Assembly (NCBI GenBank): GCA_964016885.1
Contig: OZ024741.1
Location: 8,618,001 to 8,682,000 of the forward strand
Direction: 5' to 3'
Length of the DNA stretch: 64,000 nucleotides
Source of the DNA: Eledone cirrhosa
Lineage: Eukaryota
The notes beneath the pieces are model-generated. The model ran no database searches. It was not told the DNA's origin and saw nothing but the letters and a program-made list of their open reading frames with translations. Made by a program: the position numbers and the translations under genes. Every line of letters starts with the position of its first letter. Position 1 is the stretch's first letter. Below are positions 53,858 through 64,000 of this stretch, piece by piece.

Positions 53858-56800
53858 CACCATAGTCGAGGTTTTAGTCACCTCCATGTACAACATAGTG
53901 TAGGTTTTAGTCACCTTCATGTACAACATAGTGGAGGTCTTAGTCACCTCCATGTACAACACATTCGAGGTTTTAATCACTTCCATGTACAACATAGTCG
54001 AGGTTTTAGTCACCTCCATGTACAACATAGTGGAGGTGTCAGTCACCTCCATGTACACCATAGTCGAGGTTTTAGTCACCACCATGTACAACATAGTCGA
54101 GGTTTTAGTCACCTCCATGTACAACATAGTTGAGGTTTTAGTCACCTCCATGTACAACATAGTCGAGGTTTTAGTCACCTCCATGTACAACATAGTCGAG
54201 GTTTTACTCACCTCCATGTACAACATAGTCGAGGTTTTAGTCACCTCCATGTACAACATAGTGGAGGTTTTAGTCACCTCCATGTACACCATAGTGGAGG
54301 TTTCAGTCACCTCCATGTACATCATAGTCGAGGTTTTAGTCACCTCCATGTACAACTTAGTCGAGGTTTTATTCACTTCCATGTACAACATAGTGGAGGT
54401 TTTAGTCACCTCCATGTACACATAGTCGAGGTTTTAGTGACCTCCATGTACAACATAGTTGAGATTTTAGTCACCTCTATGTACAACATAGTCGACGTTT
54501 TCGTCACCTCCATGTAAAACGTAGTCGAGGTTTTAATCACCTCCATGTACAACATAGTGGAGGTTTTAGTCACCTCCATGTACACCATAGGCGAAGTTTT
54601 AGTCAGCTCCATGTACAACAAAGAGGAGGTTTTAGTCACTTCCATGTACAACATAGTCGAGCTTTTAGTCAACTCCATGTACAACATAGTCGAGGTTTTA
54701 GTCACCTCCATGTACAACATAGTCGAGGTTTTAGTCACATCCATGTACAACATAATCAAGGTTTTAGTCACCTCCATGTACACCATAGTCGAGGTTTTAG
54801 TCACTTCCATGTACAACATAGTGGAGGTTTTAGTCACCTCCATGTACAACATAGTGTTGGTGTTAGTCACCTCCATGTACAACACAGTCGAGGTTTTAAT
54901 CACTTCCATGTACAACATAGTCGAGGCTTTAGTCACCTCCATGTACGACATAGTGGAGGTCTTAGTCACCTCCATGTACAACATAGTGGATGTTTTAGTC
55001 ACCTCCATGTACAACATAGTCGAGGTTTTAGTCACCTCCATTACAAAGTAGTGGAGGTTTTAGTCACTTCTATGTACAACATAGTCGAGGTTTCAGTCAC
55101 CTCCATGTACACCATAGTGGAGGTTTTAGTCAACTCCATGTACAACATAGTCGAGGTTTTAGTCACCTCCATGTACAACATAGTCGAGGTTTTAGTCAAC
55201 TCCAAGTACAACATAGTGGAGGTCTTAGTCACCTCCATGTACAACACAGTCGAGGTTTTAATCACTTCCATGTACAACATTGTCGAGGTTTTAGTCACCT
55301 CCATGTACACCATAGTCGAGATTTTAGTTAACTCCATGTACAACATAGTCGAGGTTTTAGTCACCTCCATGTACAACATAGTCGAGGTTTTAGTCACCTC
55401 CATGTACAACATAATCAAGGTTTTATTCACCTCCATGTACACCATAGTCGAGGTCTTAGTCACCTCCATGTACAACACATTCGAGGTTTTAATCACTTCC
55501 ATGTACAACATAGTCGAGGTTTTAGTCAGCTCCATGTACAACATAGTGGAGGTCTTAGTCACCTCCATGTACAACATAGTGGAGGTTTTAGTCACCTCCA
55601 TGTACAACATAGTCGAGGTTTTAGTCACCTCCATTACAAAGTAGTGCAGGTTTTAGTCACCTCTATGTACAACATGGTCGAGGTTTTAGTCACCTCTATG
55701 TACAACATAGTCGAGGTTTTAGTCACCCCATGTACAGCATAGTCGAGGTTTTAGTCACCTCCATGTACAACATAGTAGAGGTTTTAGTCACCTCCATGTA
55801 CAACATAGTGGAGGATTTAGTCACCTCCATGTACAACATAGTCGAAGTTTCAGTCACCTCCATGTACAACATAGTGGAGGTTTTAGTCACCTCCATGTAC
55901 ACCATAGTCGAGGTTTTAGTCACCTCCATGTACAACGTAGTCGAGGTTTTAGTCACCTCTATGTACAACATAGTCGACGTTTTAGTCACCTCTATGTACA
56001 ACATAGTCGAGGTTTTAGTCACCCCATGTACAGCATAGTCGAGGTTTTAGTCACCTCCATGTACAACATAGTCGAGGTTTTAGTGACCTCCATGTACAAC
56101 ATAGTAGAGGTTTTAGTCACCTCCATGTACAACATAGTGGAGGATTTAGTCACCTCCATGTACAACATAGTCGGAGTTTCTGTCACCTCCATGTACAACA
56201 TATTGGAGGTTTTAGTCACCTCCATGTACACCATAGTCGAGGTTTTAGTCACCTCCATGTACAACATAGTCGAGGTTTTAGTCACCTCCATTACAAAGTA
56301 GTGGAGGTTTTAGTCAACTCCATGTACAACATAGTGGAGGTTTTACTCACCTCCATGTACACCATAGTCGAGGGTTTACTCACCTCCATGTACAACATAG
56401 TGGAGGTTTTAGTCACCTCCATGTACAACATAGTCGAGGTTTTAGTCACTTCCATGTACAACATAGTGGAGGTTTTAGTCACCTCCATGTACAACATAGT
56501 CGAGGTTTTAGTCACCTCCATGTACAACATAGTCGAGGTTTTAGTCACCGCCATGTACAACATAGTCGAGGTTTTAGTCACCTCCATGTACAACATAGTG
56601 GAGGTTTTAGTCACCTCCATGTACAACATAGTGGAGGTTTCAGTCACCTCCATGTACAACATAGTGGAGGTTTTAGTCACCTCCATGTACACCATAGTCG
56701 AGGTTTTAGTCACCTCCATGTACAACATAGTCGAGGTTTTAGTCACCTCTATGTACAACATAGTCGACGTTTTAGTCACCTCCATGTACAACGTAGTCGA

Positions 56801-59800
56801 GGTTTTAGTTACCTCCATGTACAACATAGTCGAGGTTTTAATCAACTCCATGTACAACATAGTCGAGGTTTAATCACCTCCATGTACAACATAGTTGAGA
56901 TTTTAGTCACCTCCATGTACACCATAGTGCAGGTTTTAGTCAACTCCATGTACAACATAGTGGAGGTTTTAGTCACCTCCATGTACACCATAGTCGAGGG
57001 TTTAGTCACCTCCATGTACAACATAGTGGAGGTTTTAGTCACATCCATGTACAACAATAGTGGAGGTTTTAGTCACCTCCATGTACAACATAGTCGAGGT
57101 TTTAGTCACCTCCATGTAAAACATAGTGGAGGTTTTGGTCACCTCCATGTACAACATAGTCTAGGTTTTTGTCACCTCCATGTACAATATAGTGGAGGTT
57201 TTAGTCACCTCCATGTACAACATAGTGGAAGTTTTAGTCACCTCCATGTACAACATAGTGTAGGTTTTAGTCACCTTCATGTATAACATAGTGGAGGTCT
57301 TAGTCACCTCCATGTACAACACAGTCGAGGTTTTAGTCACTTCAATGTACAACATAGTCGAGGTTTTAGTCACCTCCATGTACAACATAGTGGAGGTTTC
57401 AGTCCCTCCATGTACAACATAGTCGAGGTTTTAGTCACCTCCATTACAAAGTAGTGGAGGTTTTAGTCAACTCCATGTACAACATAGTGGAGGTTTTAGT
57501 CACCTCCATGTAAACCATAGTCTAGGGTTTACTCACCTCCATGTACAACACAGTCGAGGTTTTAATCACTTCCATGTACAACATTGTCGAGGTTTTAGTC
57601 ACCTCCATGTACACCATAGTCGAGATTTTAGTTAACTCCATGTACAACATAGTCGAGGTTTTAGTCACCTCCATGTACAACATAGTGGAGATTTTAGTCA
57701 CCTCCATGTACAACATAGGTGAGGTTTTAGTCACCTACATGTACAACATAGTGGAGGTTTTAGTCACCTCCATGTACACCATAGTGGAGGTTTCAGTCAC
57801 CTCCATGTACACCATAGTCGAGGTTTTAGTCACCTCCATGTACACCATAGTCGAGATTTTAGTTAACTCCATGTACAACATAGTCGAGGTTTTAGTCACC
57901 TCCATGTACAACATAGTCGAGGTTTTAGTCACCTCCATGTACAACATAATCAAGGTTTTATTCACCTCCATGTACACCATAGTCGAGGTCTTAGTCACCT
58001 CCATGTACAACACATTCGAGGTTTTAATCACTTCCATGTACAACATAGTCGAGGTTTTAGTCACCTCCATGTACAACATAGTGGAGGTCTTAGTCACCTC
58101 CATGTACAACATAGTGGAGGTTTTAGTCACCTCCATGTACAACATAGTCGAGGTTTTAGTCACCTCCATTACAAAGTAGTGCAGGTTTTAGTCACCTCTA
58201 TGTACAACATGGTCGAGGTTTTAGTCACCTCTATGTACAACATAGTCGAGGTTTTAGTCACCCCATGTACAGCATAGTCGAGGTTTTAGTCACCTCCATG
58301 TACAACATAGTAGAGGCTTTAGTCACCTCCATGTACAACATAGTGGAGGATTTAGTCACCTCCATGTACAACATAGTCGAAGTTTCAGTCACCTCCATGT
58401 ACAACATAGTGGAGGTTTTAGTCACCTCCATGTACACCATAGTCGAGGTTTTAGTCACCTCCATGTACAACGTAGTCGAGGTTTTAGTCACCTCTATGTA
58501 CAACATAGTCGACGTTTTAGTCACCTCTATGTACAACATAGTCGAGGTTTTAGTCACCCCATGTACAGCATAGTCGAGGTTTTAGTCACCTCCATGTACA
58601 ACATAGTCGAGGTTTTAGTCACCTCCATGTACAACATAGTAGAGGTTTTAGTCACCTCCATGTACAACATAGTGGAGGATTTAGTCACCTCCATGTACAA
58701 CATAGTCGGAGTTTCTGTCACCTCCATGTACAACATATTGGAGGTTTTAGTCACCTCCATGTACACCATAGTCGAGGTTTTAGTCACCTCCATGTACAAC
58801 ATAGTCGAGGTTTTAGTCACCTCTATGTACAACATAGTCGACGTTTTAGTCACCTCCATATACAACGTAGTCGAGGTTTTAGTTACCTCCATGTACAACA
58901 TAGTCGAGGTTTTAATCAACTCCATGTACAACATAGTCGAGGTTTTAGTCACCTCCATGTACAACATAGTCGAGATTTTAGTCACCTCCATGTACACCAT
59001 AGTGGAGGTTTTAGTCAACTCCATGTACAACATAGTGGAGGTTTTAGTCACCTCCATGTACACCATAGTCGAGGGTTTAGTCACCTCCATGTACAACATA
59101 GTGGAGGTTTTAGTCACATCCATGTACAACAATATTGGAGGTTTTAGTCACCTCCATGTACAACATAGTCGAGGTTTTAGTCACCTCCATGTAAAACATA
59201 GTGGAGGTTTTAGTCACCTCCATGTACAACATAGTCGAGGTTTTAGTCACCTCCATGTACAATATAGTGGAGGTTTTAGTCACCTCCATGTACAACATAG
59301 TGGAGGTTTTAGTCACCTCCATGTACAACATAGTGGAGGTTTCAGTCACCTCCATGTACACCATAGTCGAGGTTTTAGTCACCTCCATGTACAACATAGT
59401 GTAGGTTTTAGTCACCTTTATGTATAACATAGTGGAGGTCTTAGTCACCTCCATGTACAACACAGTCGAGGTTTTAATCACTTCCATGTACAACATAGTC
59501 GAGGTTTTAGTCACCTCCATGTACAACATAGTGGAGGTTTAAGTCCCTCCATGTACAACATAGTCGAGGTTTTAGTCACCTCCATTACAAAGTAGTGGAG
59601 GTTTTAGTCAACTCCATGTACAACATAGTGGAGGTTTTACTCACCTCCATGTACACCATAGTCGAGGGTTTACTCACCTCCATGTACAACATAGTGGATG
59701 TTTTAGTCACCTCCATGTACAACATAGTCGAGGTTTTAGTCACTTCCATGTACAACATAGTGGAGGTTTTAGTCACCTCCATGTACAACATAGTCGAGGT

Positions 59801-62800
59801 TTTAGTCACCTCCATGTACAACATAGTCGAGGTTTTAGTCACCGCCATGTACAACATAGTCGAGGTTTTAGTCACCTCCATGTACAACATAGTGGAGGTT
59901 TTAGTCACCTCCATGTACAACATAGTGGAGGTTTCAGTCACCTCCATGTACAACATAGTGGAGGTTTTAGTCACCTCCATGTACACCATAGTCGAGGTTT
60001 TAGTCACCTCCATGTACAACATAGTCGAGGTTTTAGTCACCTCTATGTACAACATAGTCGACGTTTTAGTCACCTCCATGTACAACGTAGTCGAGGTTTT
60101 AGTTACCTCCATGTACAACATAGTCGAGGTTTTAATCAACTCCATGTACAACATAGTCGAGGTTTAATCACCTCCATGTATAACATAGTTGAGATTTTAG
60201 TCACCTCCATGTACACCATAGTGCAGGTTTTAGTCAACTCCATGTACAACATAGTGGAGGTTTTAGTCACCTCCATGTACACCATAGTCGAAGGTTTAGT
60301 CACCTCCATGTACAACATAGTGGAGGTTTTAGTCACATCCATGTACAACAATAGTGGAGGTTTTAGTCACCTCCATGTACAACATAGTCGAGGTTTTAGT
60401 CACCTCCATGTACAACATAGTGTAGGTTTTAGTCTCCTTCATGTATAACATAGTGGAGGTCTTAGTCACCTCCATGTACAACACAGTCGAGGTTTTAGTC
60501 ACTTCCATGTACAACATAGTCGAGGTTTTAGTCACCTCCATGTACAACATAGTGGAGGTTTCAGTCCCTCCATGTACAACATAGTCGAGGTTTTAGTCAC
60601 CTCCATTACAAAGTAGTGGAGGTTTTAGTCAACTCCATGTACAACATAGTGGAGGTTTTAGTCACCTCCATGTACACCATAATCGAGGGTTTACTCACCT
60701 CCATGTACAACATAGTGGAGGTTTTAGTCACCTCCATGTACAACATAGTCGTGGTTTTAGTCACTTCCATGTACAACATAGTGGAGGTTTTAGTCACCTC
60801 CATGTACAACATAGTCGAGGTTTTAGTCACCGCCGTGTACAACATAGTCGAGATTTTAGTCACCACCATGTACAACATAACGGAGGTTTTAGTCACCTCC
60901 ATGTACAACATAGGTGAGGTTCTAGTCACCTCCATGTACAACATAGTCCAAATTTTAGTCACCTCCATGTACAACATAGTGGAGATTTTAGTCAACTCCA
61001 TGTACAACATAGTCGAGGTTTTAGTCACCTCCATGTACAACATAGTCGAGGTTTTAGTCACCTCCATGTACAACATAGTCGAGATTTTAGTCACCTCCAT
61101 GTACAACATAGTGGAGATTTTAGTCACCTCCATGTACAACATAGGTGAGGTTTTAGTCACCTCCAGGTACAACATAGTGGAGGTTTTAGTCACCTCCATG
61201 TACACCATAGTGGAGGTTTTAGTCAACTCCCTGTACACCATAGTGGAGGTTTTAGTCACCTCCATGTACACCATAGTCGAGGGTTTAGTCACCTCCATGT
61301 ACAACATAGTGGAGGTTTTAGTCACATCCATGTACAACAATAGTGGAGGTTTTAGTCACCTCCATGTACAACATAGTCGAGGTTTTAGTCACCTCCATGT
61401 AAAACATAGTGGAGGTTTTTGTCACCTACATGTACAACATAGTCGAGGTTTTTGTCACCTCCATGTACAACATAGTCGAGGTTTTAGTCACCTCCATGTA
61501 CAACATAGTGGAGGTTTCAGTCACCTCCATGTACAACATAGTCGAGGTTTTAGTCACCTCCATGTACACCATAGTCGAGGTTTTAGTCACCTCCATGTAC
61601 AACATAGTGTAGGTTTTAGTCACCTTCATGTACAACATAGTGGAGGTCTTAGTCACCTCCATGTACAACACAGTCGAGGTTTTAATCACTTCCATGTACA
61701 ACATAGTCGAGGTTTTAGTCACCTCCATGTACAACATAGTGGAGGTTTCAGTCACCTCCATGTACACCATAGTCGAGGTTTTAGTCACCACCATGTACAA
61801 CATAGTCGAGGTTTTAGTCACCTCCATGTACAACATAGTTGAGGCTTTAGTCACCTCCATGTACAACATAGTCGATGTTTTAGTCACCTCCATGTACAAC
61901 ATAGTCGAGGTTTTACTCACCTCCATGTACAACATAGTCGAGGTTTTAGTCACCTCCATGTACAACATAGTGGAGGTTTTAGTCACCTCCATGTACACCA
62001 TAGTGGAGGTTTCAGTCACCTCCATGTACATCATAGTCGAGGTTTTAGTCACCTCCATGTACAACTTAGTCGAGGTTTTATTCACTTCCATGTACAACAT
62101 AGTGGAGGTTTTAGTCACCTCCATGTACACATAGTCGAGGTTTTAGTGACCTCCATGTACAACATAGTTGAGATTTTAGTCACCTCTTTGTACAACATAG
62201 TCGACGTTTTCGTCACCTCCATGTAAAACGTAGTCGAGGTTTTAATCACCTCCATGTACAACATAGTGGAGGTTTTAGTCACCTCCATGTACACCATAGG
62301 CGAAGTTTTAGTCAGCTCCATGTACAACAAAGAGGAGGTTTTAGTCACTTCCATGTACAACATAGTCGAGCTTTTAGTCAACTCCATGTACAACATAGTC
62401 GAGGTTTTAGTCACCTCCATGTACAACATAGTCGAGGTTTTAGTCACATCCATGTACAACATAATCAAGGTTTTAGTCACCTCCATGTACACCATAGTCG
62501 AGGTTTTAGTCACTTCCATGTACAACATAGTAGAGGTTTTAGTCACCTCCATGTACAACATAGTGTTGGTGTTAGTCACCTCCATGTACAACACAGTCGA
62601 GGTTTTAATCACTTCCATGTACAACATAGTCGAGGCTTTAGTCACCTCCATGTACGACATAGTGGAGGTCTTAGTCACCTCCATGTACAACATAGTGGAT
62701 GTTTTAGTCACCTCCATGTACAACATAGTCGAGGTTTTAGTCACCTCCATTACAAAGTAGTGGAGGTTTTAGTCACTTCTATGTACAACATAGTCGAGGT

Positions 62801-64000
62801 TTCAGTCACCTCCATGTACACCATAGTGGAGGTTTTAGTCAACTCCATGTACAACATAGTCGAGGTTTTAGTCACCTCCATGTACAACATAGTCGAGGTT
62901 TTAGTCAACTCCATGTACAACATAGTGGAGGTCTTAGTCACCTCCATGTACAACACAGTCGAGGTTTTAATCACTTCCATGTACAACATTGTCGAGGTTT
63001 TAGTCACCTCCATGTACACCATAGTCGAGATTTTAGTTAACTCCATGTACAACATAGTCGAGGTTTTAGTCACCTCCATGTACAACATAGTCGAGGTTTT
63101 AGTCACCTCCATATACAACATAATCAAGGTTTTATTCACCTCCATGTACACCATAGTCGAGGTCTTAGTCACCTCCATGTACAACACATTCGAGGTTTTA
63201 ATCACTTCCATGTACAACATAGTCGAGGTTTTAGTCACCTCCATGTACAACATAGTGGAGGTTTTAGTCACCTCCATGTACAACATAGTGGAGGTTTTAG
63301 TCACCTCCATGTACAACATAGTCGAGGTTTTAGTCACCTCCATTACAAAGTAGTGCAGGTTTTAGTCACCTCTATGTACAACATGGTCGAGGTTTTAGTC
63401 ACCTTTATGTACAACATAGTCGAGGTTTTAGTCACCCCATGTACAGCATAGTCGAGGTTTTAGTCACCTCCATGTACAACATAGTAGAGGTTTTAGTCAC
63501 CTCCATGTACAACATAGTGGAGGATTTAGTCACCTCCATGTACAACATAGTCGAAGTTTCAGTCACCTCCATGTACAACATAGTGGAGGTTTTAGTCACC
63601 TCCATGTACACCATTGTCGAGGTTTTAGTCACCTCCATGTACAACGTAGTCGAGGTTTTAGTCACCTCTATGTACAACATAGTCGACGTTTTAGTCACCT
63701 CTATGTACAACATAGTCGAGGTTTTAGTCACCCCATGTACAGCATAGTCGAGGTTTTAGTCACCTCCATGTACAACATAGTCGAGGTTTTAGTCACCTCC
63801 ATGTACAACATAGTGGAGGTTTTAGTCACCTCCATGTACAACATAGTAGAGGTTTTAGTCACCTCCATGTACAACATAGTCGGAGTTTCTGTCACCTCCA
63901 TGTACAACATATTGGAGGTTTTAGTCACCTCCATGTACACCATAGTCGAGGTTTTAGTCACCTCCATGTACAACATAGTCGAGGTTTTAGTCACCTCTAT
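53540..64000. repeat. 7,709-bp offset recurrence (~53540-56290 repeated from ~61249 to the window end), with nested 2,535- and 3,294-bp offset duplications
   Basis: Offset 7709 at 53700/61409, 54545/62254 and 55730/63439. Offset 2535 at 55730/58265 and 56026/58561. Offset 3294 at 56301/59595 and 56882/60176. Confidence 0.87.

Larger units (their letters stand above)
1..64000. repeat. 33-bp satellite DNA tandem array, about 1,940 head-to-tail monomers, extending beyond both window ends
   Basis: Every part of the window matches ATGTACAACATAGT(C/G)GAGGTTTTAGTCACCTCC, usually with 0-3 substitutions per copy and occasional 31/32/34-bp copies. The commonest polymorphisms are position 15 C/G (GTCGAG/GTGGAG) and position 8 A/C (AACAT/ACCAT). 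No spacers or foreign sequence were seen. Confidence 0.99.

Noticed and set aside
1-64000. Hundreds of ORFs encoding (MYNIVEVLVTS)n, (HLHVQHSRGFS)n or (MLYMEVTKTST)n as genuine CDSs
   Set aside because: They overlap on both strands and follow automatically from an 11-codon unit open in three frames. They are broken by frequent stops and frameshifts and have no non-repetitive domain or termini.
1-64000. CRISPR array (33-bp repeat with an internal hairpin)
   Set aside because: Repeats are directly adjacent with no unique spacers, and there is no leader or cas gene.
1-64000. Telomerase-made telomeric tract (GGTTTTAG resembles TTTAGGG/TTAGG)
   Set aside because: The resemblance is only 5-6 nt, there is no G-rich strand bias (6 G versus 8 C), and variants are inherited in multi-kb duplicated blocks, which indicates recombinational amplification rather than templated addition.
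1-64000. Whole array as a sequencing or rolling-circle concatemer artefact
   Set aside because: Rare substitutions and indels are shared hierarchically between blocks kilobases apart, which random read error would not produce. Isolated singletons such as the 1-bp loss near 34669 could still be errors.
1-64000. C/G and A/C dimorphisms as a deliberate information-bearing code or diversity-generating cassette system
   Set aside because: The patterns are accounted for by nested duplication and conversion. There is no recombinase, reverse transcriptase, expression site or regular period to support such a system.

Overview
The whole 64 kb window is one uninterrupted, head-to-tail tandem array of a 33-bp monomer, consensus ATGTACAACATAGT(C/G)GAGGTTTTAGTCACCTCC (14/33 = 42% GC, about 1,940 copies). 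All copies appear to lie in one orientation, and the array runs off both ends of the window. I found no unique sequence, credible gene, RNA gene, transposon or CRISPR spacer. The ORF track is a by-product of a 33-bp (11-codon) unit that is stop-free in 3 of 6 frames. The real structure lies at two scales. Within the monomer there are two interleaved dyad symmetries that could form alternative hairpins. Across the array there is an irregular higher-order organisation: nested near-identical duplications (offsets about 3.5, 4.3, 5.7-5.9, 7.0, 7.7 and 7.9-8.1 kb), conversion-like patches, and a layered arrangement of variant families. This looks most like eukaryotic satellite DNA (centromeric, pericentromeric or subtelomeric), but organism and function cannot be determined from this sequence. 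I do not see evidence for a new gene-based system. Offsets were read by eye from diagnostic variants and ORF-track coordinates, so block boundaries are approximate.
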